From Nitriliruptoraceae bacterium (GTDB taxonomy: Bacteria; Actinomycetota; Nitriliruptoria; Nitriliruptorales; Nitriliruptoraceae), in assembly GCA_003554005.1 (NCBI GenBank), contig PWEU01000042.1:1-43605 (forward strand): 43,605 bases of DNA, read 5' to 3'. The notes below the pieces were generated by a model, which worked only from the letters and a program-made list of their open reading frames with translations, was not told the origin of the DNA and made no database searches. The translations under genes were made by a program, and so were the position numbers. Below, one piece after another: positions 35,710-43,605 of this stretch (positions are counted from its first letter, which is position 1; the number at the start of each line of letters is the position of its first letter).

Positions 35710-37557
35710 TCAGGACCGCGTGCCGACACCGCGGGTCCAGCTGTCGTGCAGCGCGCCGTAGACCCCGCCCTCGGCGACCAGGTCGCGGTGGTGCCCACGT
35801 TGGACCAGCCGTCCGGCATCGAACACCAGCACCTCGTCGGCGGCCTCAGCCGTGGACATCCGGTGGGCGATGGTGACGGTCGTCCGACCCGAGGTGAGCC
35901 CGGCCAGGGCGCGCTGGGTGCGCACCTCGGTCGCGGGATCGACCGCAGAGGTGGCCTCGTCCAGCACCAGCAGGTCGGGGTTGGCGACGTAGGCACGGGC
36001 CAGCGCCACCAGTTGGCGTTCCCCGGCGGACAGGGAGCCGCCCCGCTCCCCGACCGGGGTGTCGAGGTGATCGGGCAACTCGTCGATCCAGTCGCCGAGG
36101 CCGAGCTCCAGGCAGGCCAGGGCGAGGTCCTCATCGGTCAGACCCTCGCGGCCCATGCGCCCGTTGTCGGCGATACTGCCCTCGAACAGCGCGCCGTCCT
36201 GGGGGACCATCACCACCCGCTGCCGCAGGGACGAGAACCGGACCTCGTCCACCGGGATGCCGTCGAGCAGCACGCGTCCCTCGAGTGGGTCCATCAACCG
36301 GGTCAGGAGCTTCGCGAAGGTCGTCTTGCCCGAACCGGTCTCCCCGACCACCGCGACCCGGGTCCGTGGCGCGATCTCCACCTCGACGTCGTCGAGCACC
36401 ACAGGACCGGACGCGGCGCGGGCGACCTCCCCGGGGTGTGGGTACCGGAAGCTGACGTGCTCGAAGCGGATACGCACGGGACCCGGCGGCAGTTCGCGGC
36501 CCTCCTCCCCGGGGTCGGCGACATCGGGCTCGACGTCGAGGATGTCGAGGACCCGACGCCACCCGGCCACGGCGGTCTGCCCCTCGTTGATCACCTCGGC
36601 GGCGATCAGGACGGGATCGACGAACAGGGTGATCAGGAACAGGAACGCCAGGACCGTGCCGACGGTGACCTGGTCATCGATCCCGAGCAGCACCCCGCCG
36701 ACCACTGCCGCGGCCGTGGCCAACGCTCCGGACACCTCGCCGGTGCCGGAGAACATCGAGGAGTAGGTGCCGGCCCGCACCGCCGCCCGGCGGTGCTCCT
36801 CGATGCGCTCGTCCAGACGGGCCTGGGTGCGCTCCTCGATGCCGTAGGCCCGCACGACCGGGGCACCGACCACGGTCTCCGCCAGCGCGCCGAGCATGAC
36901 GCCCACCTTCTCGCGCACGATCAGGTAGGCGACCGTGAGCCGGCGCTGGAACCAGCGGGCACCCAGCATGAAGGGCACGAAGACCAGCAGCACCAGCGCT
37001 GTGAGCCGCCAGGAGTAGAAGAGCATCACCAGCGTCGCCCCCGTGAGCTGACCGATGCTGGTGATCAGGTTCAGCCCGGCCCACTGCATGAACCGGCTGA
37101 TCTCGTCGATGTCGGAGGTCACCCGGGAGACCAGGCCCCCGCGCTGCTGGGTGGCCTGGTGGAGCATCGAGAGGTCGTGGATGTGTCGGAAGGCGCGCAC
37201 CCGCAGGCTGGAGAGGGCCGTCTCGACCACCGCGGCGAGCCGGTAGTTCATCGCCCCGCTCGCCAGGGCCGTGATCGCCACGGCCACGAAGGCGGCCAGC
37301 ACGATCACCGCCACCGCATCGAGGTCGAGCCCCGCGCCGCTCGCGAGTCCGTCGTCGATCGTGCGCTGGATCGCGATGGGCACGATCGCCCGGCCCGCCG
37401 TCGCCAGCAGCGCCAGCAGCATCGTGACCGCCAGCCCCCCCCGCAGCTCGGGAGAGAGGGCCAGCCCACGACGGAAGGTCCGCCAGGCACCCTCGGGCTG
37501 GGCCGGCCGCGCGTCGGTGGTCGGGCGGGGGGTCGCCTCCTCGCGGCGCCGGCTCAT
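35710..37557 (-). CDS. ABC exporter, fused permease/ATPase subunit (heterodimer partner B)
   Basis: Six-TM exporter domain. Walker A GETGSGKTT, signature LSAGERQ, Walker B LLVLDEATSAVD. ATGA overlap with the upstream partner. Confidence 0.9.
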   Translation of the reverse strand: MSRRREEATPRPTTDARPAQPEGAWRTFRRGLALSPELRGGLAVTMLLALLATAGRAIVPIAIQRTIDDGLASGAGLDLDAVAVIVLAAFVAVAITALASGAMNYRLAAVVETALSSLRVRAFRHIHDLSMLHQATQQRGGLVSRVTSDIDEISRFMQWAGLNLITSIGQLTGATLVMLFYSWRLTALVLLVFVPFMLGARWFQRRLTVAYLIVREKVGVMLGALAETVVGAPVVRAYGIEERTQARLDERIEEHRRAAVRAGTYSSMFSGTGEVSGALATAAAVVGGVLLGIDDQVTVGTVLAFLFLITLFVDPVLIAAEVINEGQTAVAGWRRVLDILDVEPDVADPGEEGRELPPGPVRIRFEHVSFRYPHPGEVARAASGPVVLDDVEVEIAPRTRVAVVGETGSGKTTFAKLLTRLMDPLEGRVLLDGIPVDEVRFSSLRQRVVMVPQDGALFEGSIADNGRMGREGLTDEDLALACLELGLGDWIDELPDHLDTPVGERGGSLSAGERQLVALARAYVANPDLLVLDEATSAVDPATEVRTQRALAGLTSGRTTVTIAHRMSTAEAADEVLVFDAGRLVQRGHHRDLVAEGGVYGALHDSWTRGVGTRS

Positions 37558-39482
37558 CGGTCCGGCTCCGGTCCCGCCTCGGCGGCCGCCTGCTCGGCGG
37601 CGTCCCGCTCCCGCGCGTCCTCCTCGTAGGCGGTGACGAGCTGGCGGTAGGCGGGAACCTCCGCCAGCAGCCGTCCGTGGCTCCCCCGGGCGGCGACGCG
37701 GCCCTCGTCGACGAACACCACCTCGTCGGCCAGGGCGATCGAGCTCTGACGGTAGGCCACGACGATCACCGTCGCCGGGAGCTCGGCGTCGGCCAGCCCT
37801 CTGAGGATCGCCGACTCCACGGCGGGATCGACCGCCGAGGTGGCATCGTCGAGGACCAGCAGCCGCGGGGAGCGCACCAGGGCGCGGGCCAGGGCGATCC
37901 GCTGCCGCTGCCCACCGGACAAGGTCGCCCCGCGCTCCCCCACCACGGTGTCGTACCCCGCCCCCAGGGCGGTGATGAAGCCGTGGGCCTGAGCGAGACG
38001 CGCTGCCGCCTCGACGCGGTCGTGGGGCAGCTCGGCCCCGAGGGTGATGTTGTCACGCACGGTGTCATCGAACAGGAACGCCTCCTGGAACACGATCGCG
38101 ACGTGGTCGGCGAGCTGGTCACGGGCGAGCTCGGGCAGGGCGTGCTCGTCGTAGGTGACCTGCCCGTGGGCGGGGTCGTAGAGCCGCACCAGGAGCGACG
38201 CGATCGTCGACTTGCCGGAGCCGGTCGCCCCGACCAGGGCGATCGTGCGGCCGGCGGCCACGTCGAAGGTCACCGAGTCGATACCGCGACGGTGATCCTC
38301 GGGGCCCGGGTTCGCGGGATCGTCCCCGGCGGCTGGCACCATCGGGCCAGCCACCCCGTCGAGGCGCTCGCGCTCCGAGCTCGGGTGGAGGAAGCCGACC
38401 TCGACCATCGCAGCCTCTGCACCCCCCTGACCCGCTCCCGGCGCATCGCCGTAGGTCATGCGGTCGGTGGCGGCCAGTACCCGCGAGACCCGATCCCAGC
38501 CCACCACGGCCCGGGGCAGTTCGCCGAGCAGCCAGCCGAAGACACGCATCGGCAGCGCCACCAGGCGGAACAGGTAGGCGAACTGGACCAGGTCGCCGGG
38601 GGTCAGGGCACCGTCACGCACCCGGTAGGCACCGACCAGCAGGACCAGTAGGATGCCGACGTTCGGCAGGGCCTCGATGACGGGGTCGAAGAACGCCCGG
38701 AGGCGGCCGACCCGGATCATCTTGTCCCGCAGATCGTCCGAGACCGCCCGGAACCGCTCCTCCTCGGCGTCCTCACGACCCAGGGTCTTGACGACCAGCG
38801 CGGCGTCGAAGGACTCGTGGGCCACCTCGGAGACGTCCGCCCGGGCCTGCTGCGCGACCGTCGCGGCGCTGCGCATCCGGCGCTGGTAGAACCAGTTCGC
38901 GAAGCCGAGGAGTGGCCCGACCGCGAACCCGATGGCTGCCAGCGCCGGGTCGGTCACGATGAGCAGGGCGGCGGTGATGGCCAGCAGCACGGTGGCGCCG
39001 AAGGCCATCGGCAGGGGCGCGGCCACGAAGAACGCGGACTCGACGTCCGCGTTGGCGTTGGAGAGCAACTCGCCCGTCGGATGTCGGCGGTGCCAGGACA
39101 GGGGCAGCTCGAGGTAGCGACGGGTGACCTGGCGGCGGTAGCTGGACTGCAGGCTGAACTGGGCGTAGTAGGCCCCCAGCCGCCGTCCGACCACCCCGAT
39201 CGCCTTGAACAGCGCGACCCCGACGATCAGCAGCACGGCGGTGAGCAGGAGGCCACGGTCGAACTCACCGGCGGCGAAGCTCGGGATCAGCACCTCATCG
39301 GTGATCCAGCCGAGCACCAGCGAGGACAGCACCATCATGGTGGCATAGACCAGCGAGCCGCCGATGCCGACGCTGAAGGGCCGCGGCGCGGAGCGCAAGG
39401 CCACCGCGATGACCGCGAGCCCACGTCGGAGCAGCCCGTCGTCCGACGGGTCACGCGGGGTGGGGCGGTCGGTGACGGTCAC
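37554..39482 (-). CDS. ABC exporter, fused permease/ATPase subunit (heterodimer partner A)
   Basis: Walker A GATGSGKST, signature LSGGQRQ, Walker B LLVLDDATSAVD. There is an about 45-aa insert before Walker A (PSSERERLDGVAGPMVPAAGDDPANPGPEDHRRG). Confidence 0.9.
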   Translation of the reverse strand: MTVTDRPTPRDPSDDGLLRRGLAVIAVALRSAPRPFSVGIGGSLVYATMMVLSSLVLGWITDEVLIPSFAAGEFDRGLLLTAVLLIVGVALFKAIGVVGRRLGAYYAQFSLQSSYRRQVTRRYLELPLSWHRRHPTGELLSNANADVESAFFVAAPLPMAFGATVLLAITAALLIVTDPALAAIGFAVGPLLGFANWFYQRRMRSAATVAQQARADVSEVAHESFDAALVVKTLGREDAEEERFRAVSDDLRDKMIRVGRLRAFFDPVIEALPNVGILLVLLVGAYRVRDGALTPGDLVQFAYLFRLVALPMRVFGWLLGELPRAVVGWDRVSRVLAATDRMTYGDAPGAGQGGAEAAMVEVGFLHPSSERERLDGVAGPMVPAAGDDPANPGPEDHRRGIDSVTFDVAAGRTIALVGATGSGKSTIASLLVRLYDPAHGQVTYDEHALPELARDQLADHVAIVFQEAFLFDDTVRDNITLGAELPHDRVEAAARLAQAHGFITALGAGYDTVVGERGATLSGGQRQRIALARALVRSPRLLVLDDATSAVDPAVESAILRGLADAELPATVIVVAYRQSSIALADEVVFVDEGRVAARGSHGRLLAEVPAYRQLVTAYEEDARERDAAEQAAAEAGPEPDR

Positions 39483-39496
39483 CGGGCCGAGGGTAG

Positions 39497-39541
39497 CCAG
39501 CCGTGGGGGTGTCTCGACGTCGAGACAGGTCCCACGGCTGG
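39497..39541. terminator. Long nested hairpin downstream of rne and upstream of the ABC operon
   Basis: Outer stem ccagccgtggg (39497..39507) / cccacggctgg (39531..39541), 11 bp perfect. Inner palindrome gtctcgac/gtcgagac (39511..39526). Read directly. Confidence 0.5.
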
Positions 39542-39563
39542 TGACCCGCTCAGCAGCGGCAGC

Positions 39564-42176
39564 TCACTCGAGCTCGCTGATCACCCCCCGCCCCTCGCAG
39601 GTCTCGCAGGTGTGGCTGAAGGACTCGATGAGCCCCTGGCTGACGTTCTTCCGGGTCATCTGGACGAGCCCGAGCTTGGACACCTCCGAGACCCGCGTCT
39701 TGGTGCGGTCACGCAGCAGCTCCCGCTTGAGGCGCCGCACGACCTGGTCCTGGTTCGCCTTCAGCAGCATGTCGATGAAGTCGATGATGATGATGCCGCC
39801 CATGTCGCGCAGGCGGAGCTGCCGCACGATCTCATCGGCGGCCTCGAGGTTGGTCCGCAGGACGATCTCCTCGAGGTTGGTGTCCTTGCCCCCGGTGAAC
39901 CGGCCGGTGTTGACATCGATGACCTTCATGGCCTCGGTGGACTCGATGATGAGGTACCCGCCCGAGGGCAGCCAGACCTTGCGCCCCATGGCCTTGCGGA
40001 GCTGCTCGCCGACGTCGTAGGCCTCGAACAGCGCGGGGAGCTGCTCGCGCCGCGCCGCCGCGGCGGCGAGGTCCACGCTGCCGACGAGTGGATCCACCTC
40101 GGCGGGCCTGGCGGGTGCGGTGTCGCCCTGGTGCCCTTCGGCATCGCCGGTGACCACGGCGGTCGTGGCTTCAGCCGGGTCGGCATCCTGGTCGGCGCCG
40201 ACCACCTCCTCGCCATCCGCCTGGGCTGCCGGAGCAGCCGCATCGGCGTCGGTACCCACGGCGGCAGCCGCGTCGGCGGCGTCAGGCTGTTCGGCGGCGC
40301 CAGGCTGTTCGGCGGCGCCAGGCTGTTCGGCGGCGCCAGGCTGTTCGGCGGCGTCAGGCTGTTCGCCGGCGTCCGCGGGCCCGGACTCGGGTGCGCTGCC
40401 GTCCGGCTTCGGCTCGGGGAGGTCCAAGGCCGGCGCTCCGGCCGCGCGTGCGCGGGCGTCCGCGGTCGGTGCGCCGTACAGCTCCACCTTGCCCAGGAGC
40501 TCGGGCGCCACCTCGTCGAGGTAGCCGCGGACCTGGCGGTAGAGGTCCTCATCGTCGACGATCGACCGTTCGAACTCCGGCCCGAAGTTGTCGCGGATCA
40601 CCTTGACGACCAGGGGCGGCTCCTCGTAGACCGCGCTCAGCGCCTTGGCGGCGGCCGCGGCCTGCTCGACCCGCTCCCACTTGGCGAGCAGCCGCTCGAT
40701 GTCCGCGGTGATCTGTTCCTCGCTGACCCCCTCGGCGGCGGTCCGGACGATGATGCCGTGCTCGGCCGGCTTGATGCGCTTCACGATCCGGCGCAGGCGG
40801 TCACGTTCCTTGTCGGTCAGCTTGCGCGAGATCCCGAACAGGTCCGAGTTCGGGGCGAGCACCATGTAGCGACCAGCGAGCGACAGGTGCATCGTCAGCC
40901 TCGGCCCCTTGGAGCCCATGGGGTCCTTGGTGACCTGGACCAGCACCTTCTGGCCCGGCTTGAGCGCGTTCTCGATCCGCTGTGCATCACCCTCCTCGAG
41001 GTCGAGCTCGTCGTAGAGGACCTCGCCGGCGTACAGCACGCCGTTGCGGCCCTTGCCGATGTCGAGGAACGCCGCCTCCATCCCTGGCAGCACGTTCTGC
41101 ACCCGCGCCATGTAGATGTTGCCGACGAAGGTCACGTCCTCGGCCCGGGTCACGTAGTGCTCGACGACGGTGCGGTCCTCGAGCACCGCGATCTGGGTGC
41201 GGTCCTGGCGGGAGGTCACGAGCATCGTGCGGGGCGGGCCTTCGAGGATCGCGCGCCGGACCTCCTCGGCCACGCCACCGCTGCGCTGGTTCGCGCGACG
41301 CCCCCCGTTGCCGCCACCCGAGGACCGACGACCACCCCGTTTGGCGGCCATACGGGTCCCGCCTTTGGCGATGGCGTCCTCGACAGCCCGGTCCTGCTGC
41401 GCCTCGGAACCACCGTCGCCACCGCGGCCACTACCACCGTCGCCACCGCGGCCACTACCGCCGTCGCCACCGCGGCCACTACCACCGTCGCCACCCCCAT
41501 CGCCGCCGGAGCCGCCGGAACCGCCGGAACCGCTCCGGCCACGCCCACGGCGGCTGGCGCCCCCACCGGAACGGTTGCGCGACCCGGACCTCGACGAGCT
41601 GCGCGTCGATCCCCCGCGTTCACCCCTCGCCTGCCGACCGCCGCCCCCGTTCGCGGCGCCGCCGTCGTCACCGGTGTCGGCACCGTCGTCCTGGCCAGCA
41701 TCCTCGGCGGGCGCGGAGGTCTCGGCTACCTCGGCGTCCCCGGATCCCTTCGACGCACCGCCGCGGGCCTCGCCGGCGTCCAACGCATCGTCGTCGGACG
41801 CAGCGCCAGCCGAGGCTTCGCTGTCGGACGCGCTGGTGTCGGAGGAGGCGGTCCCGGCCTCGTCCTGGGCAGCGGCCCGTCCCTGTCCCCCACCGCCACG
41901 ACGCCCGCGCCCACGTCGACCCCGGCGACGTCGGCGGCGACCGCCCGAACCACCGTCCTCGCGCTCCGCGTCGCCGTCACGGTCCGCGTCGCCGTCACGG
42001 TCCGTGTCGTCGCCCGTGGACGCACCGCGGCCGCCAGCGTCATCGCTGGCCGGCGCGGGGTCGGCCTCCTCGGCCGTGGCCGTGGCCGTGCGGGCAGCGC
42101 GGCTGGAGCCGGCGCTGGTGTCGGGGGGCTCCTCGGGGTCGTTGTCGTGCTGGGGTGTGGCGTCGTGGTCGGTCAC
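39564..42176 (-). CDS. rne: Ribonuclease E/G family endoribonuclease with Arg/Gly/Asp-rich N-terminal and Ala/Glu/Pro-rich internal low-complexity regions
   Basis: S1 domain GNIYMARVQNVLPGMEAAFLDIG. Catalytic core SGGYLIIESTEAMKVIDVNTGRF and IIIIDFIDM. Zn-link CETCEGRG. GTG 42176 has no clear SD, so the start is uncertain. Confidence 0.9.
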   Translation of the reverse strand: MTDHDATPQHDNDPEEPPDTSAGSSRAARTATATAEEADPAPASDDAGGRGASTGDDTDRDGDADRDGDAEREDGGSGGRRRRRRGRRGRGRRGGGGQGRAAAQDEAGTASSDTSASDSEASAGAASDDDALDAGEARGGASKGSGDAEVAETSAPAEDAGQDDGADTGDDGGAANGGGGRQARGERGGSTRSSSRSGSRNRSGGGASRRGRGRSGSGGSGGSGGDGGGDGGSGRGGDGGSGRGGDGGSGRGGDGGSEAQQDRAVEDAIAKGGTRMAAKRGGRRSSGGGNGGRRANQRSGGVAEEVRRAILEGPPRTMLVTSRQDRTQIAVLEDRTVVEHYVTRAEDVTFVGNIYMARVQNVLPGMEAAFLDIGKGRNGVLYAGEVLYDELDLEEGDAQRIENALKPGQKVLVQVTKDPMGSKGPRLTMHLSLAGRYMVLAPNSDLFGISRKLTDKERDRLRRIVKRIKPAEHGIIVRTAAEGVSEEQITADIERLLAKWERVEQAAAAAKALSAVYEEPPLVVKVIRDNFGPEFERSIVDDEDLYRQVRGYLDEVAPELLGKVELYGAPTADARARAAGAPALDLPEPKPDGSAPESGPADAGEQPDAAEQPGAAEQPGAAEQPGAAEQPDAADAAAAVGTDADAAAPAAQADGEEVVGADQDADPAEATTAVVTGDAEGHQGDTAPARPAEVDPLVGSVDLAAAAARREQLPALFEAYDVGEQLRKAMGRKVWLPSGGYLIIESTEAMKVIDVNTGRFTGGKDTNLEEIVLRTNLEAADEIVRQLRLRDMGGIIIIDFIDMLLKANQDQVVRRLKRELLRDRTKTRVSEVSKLGLVQMTRKNVSQGLIESFSHTCETCEGRGVISELE
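40283..40372. repeat. Five 18-bp in-frame tandem repeats inside rne (caggctgttcggcggcgc)
   Basis: Read directly at 40283, 40301, 40319, 40337 and 40355. They encode AAEQPG units. Confidence 0.85.
41409..41496. repeat. About 3.5 copies of a 24-bp in-frame tandem repeat inside rne (accaccgtcgccaccgcggccact)
   Basis: Read directly at 41409, 41433, 41457 and 41481 (the last is partial). They encode GGDGGSGR units. Confidence 0.85.
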
Positions 42177-42196
42177 AGGAGGGCTCGATCGGGGTG

Positions 42197-42943
42197 TCAG
42201 GCGGCCTCTGCGTCGACGTCGGGGACCAGGGGTTCGACCTCGCCGCCGAGGGCATCACGCACTCCCTCGGGCTCGAGAGCACCCTGCACGCAGCGGAGCA
42301 CCGCGTGGGGTTCGGCCACGTCGCCGCGGCTCAGCGCGGCGTGGAGGTCGGTCGGTCTCACGGTGGGCCCGTCGTTGCGGAGCACCGCACGGAGGACGGT
42401 GTGCGCGTCCCGGGCGTGCGATCCCGGGCGCGTGGTCGCGGCCAGCGCGAGCACCGCTGGACGCACGTCGATCGTCCGGTCACCGTCGGGACGGTGCCGG
42501 ATCACCTCGGCGTGGTCGGCGGCGAGCAACTCGTCGCTGCGCGTGGACAGGAGCGCACCCAGCTCGGTCTGATCGACCGGGGGCCAGGCCAGCTCCCAGA
42601 GGGGGACCCGCAGCATCTTCGCCAGCTTCGGCGCGCCGTCGGGCACCTCGAGGTAGGTCGTGATGTCCATCCCCGCCGGTAGCGCGGCGGAGAGTGCAGC
42701 CAGGTCCGATGCTGGTTCGATCGGGGCTGCGAAGGTCAGCTCGGCGTACTCGCCGGTGGAGCTCACGCCCACCGGCAACGCGTCGGGGAAGGACACCTTC
42801 GGGTGCGGGGTGACCCCTTCCGAGTACGCGATCGGCAGGTCGGCACGGCGCAGCGCCCGCTCCCAGACCGAGGTCAGGTCACGCGCCGAGATGAAGCGCG
42901 TGCGAGCGACCTTGGTCCAGCGGATGCGGTACCGCTGCGTCAA
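42197..42943 (-). CDS. DUF2344 / TIGR03936-type radical-SAM-associated protein
   Basis: QRYRIRWTKVARTRFISARDLTSVWERALRRADLPIAYSEGVTPHPKVSF. I chose the TTG at 42943 because AGGAGG lies 4 nt upstream. The longer ORF 42197..43537 overlaps the radical-SAM gene out of frame. Confidence 0.78.
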   Translation of the reverse strand: MTQRYRIRWTKVARTRFISARDLTSVWERALRRADLPIAYSEGVTPHPKVSFPDALPVGVSSTGEYAELTFAAPIEPASDLAALSAALPAGMDITTYLEVPDGAPKLAKMLRVPLWELAWPPVDQTELGALLSTRSDELLAADHAEVIRHRPDGDRTIDVRPAVLALAATTRPGSHARDAHTVLRAVLRNDGPTVRPTDLHAALSRGDVAEPHAVLRCVQGALEPEGVRDALGGEVEPLVPDVDAEAA

Positions 42944-42984
42944 CGTGTCCTCCTGCTGGGTCGGCGTGATCGCCGGGCGTGGCG

Positions 42985-43605
42985 TCAGGGCCCGCTGGCG
43001 TACCGCTCGGGGGTGATGGGCAACTCGTTGCTGCCCCCCAACCTCGACGGCACGACGGGCAGGCTGAAGCCTCCGGTGTAGCCGGTGTCGTGCTCGATGC
43101 TCAAACCGGGGCAGACCCCGCAGTCGTAGCACGCCGACCAGCGGCAGTCGTCGAGCTGCTGGTCGGCCTGGGCGTCCTGCCAGTCCTCCCACAACCAGCC
43201 GGCGTCGAGCCCGGAGTCGAGGTGGTCCCAGGGCAGCGCCTCGTGCTGGTCCCGTTCCCGGTAGGAGAACCAGTCGAGGTCGACGCCGGTCTCGGCCATC
43301 GCCTGCCGCCACAGCTCCAGGGTCGGCATCTCGTGCCAGCCGTCGAACCGCGCCCCGAGCTGCCAGGCCCGCTCGACCGCCGCGGCCACCCGACGGTCGC
43401 CGCGGGCCAGCAGGCCTTCGATGACGCCTTCCTCGGGATCGTTGGTGCGGACCTTGATCCCGCGGTGGTCCTTGATCGCGTGACGGATCAGCGACAGCTT
43501 GCGGCGGATCTCCTCGGGAGGATCCTGCGCGGCCCACTGGAAGGGGGTGTGGGGCTTGGGCACGAAGCCGCCCACCGACAGGGTGACCTTGTTCGCATGA
43601 CCGTG
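42985..43605 (-). CDS. TIGR03960-type radical SAM protein, C-terminal part (5' end lies outside the window)
   Basis: The frame stays open to the window edge (HGHANKVTLSVGGFVPKPHTPFQWAAQ...). This C-terminal region is typical of the radical-SAM partner of DUF2344 found upstream of rne in Actinobacteria. Confidence 0.78.
   Translation of the reverse strand, partial: HGHANKVTLSVGGFVPKPHTPFQWAAQDPPEEIRRKLSLIRHAIKDHRGIKVRTNDPEEGVIEGLLARGDRRVAAAVERAWQLGARFDGWHEMPTLELWRQAMAETGVDLDWFSYRERDQHEALPWDHLDSGLDAGWLWEDWQDAQADQQLDDCRWSACYDCGVCPGLSIEHDTGYTGGFSLPVVPSRLGGSNELPITPERYASGP

Overview
This is a high-GC (roughly 70% by eye) chromosomal segment of Actinomycetota type. All family calls rest on motif recognition in the supplied translations; I could run no searches. 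I adjusted start codons by looking for Shine-Dalgarno (SD) motifs and stop/start overlaps in the DNA.

The minus strand carries a conserved housekeeping backbone: a radical-SAM gene (partial), DUF2344, rne, then rplU-rpmA-obgE-proB, then nadD and an LCP-family gene. Two blocks of other genes interrupt it.

Block 1 (32.8-39.5 kb, between rne and rplU) holds:
- a sucrase/ferredoxin-like protein
- a long aldehyde dehydrogenase
- a heterodimeric ABC exporter pair

Block 2 (2.3-29.1 kb, between nadD and proB) holds:
- metabolic and housekeeping-type genes: a GH1 beta-glucosidase, a stand-alone TrpB-like enzyme, dodecin, an acyltransferase_3/DEDDh-exonuclease pair, a VIT1/CCC1 transporter, fadA-fadB, two quinone oxidoreductases and a YbaK-like deacylase
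- a trypsin-like protease placed divergently from a DUF222/HNH (REP13E12-like) gene, with a near-consensus LexA SOS box between them
- a MoxR(CoxD-like) / membrane-anchored beta-propeller-like / VWA(CoxE-like) operon with no molybdoenzyme client nearby
- an OmpR-type two-component system bracketed by two paralogous Ser/Pro/Asp-rich exported proteins that share a C-terminal SVDSVSSVS tail, with a shared CTGAG-based palindrome in both promoter regions

I saw no tRNA, rRNA, CRISPR array, transposase or integrase. The many long antisense ORFs in the track are high-GC artefacts.

The two loci most worth follow-up are the MoxR-propeller-VWA operon and the two-component/paralog module.
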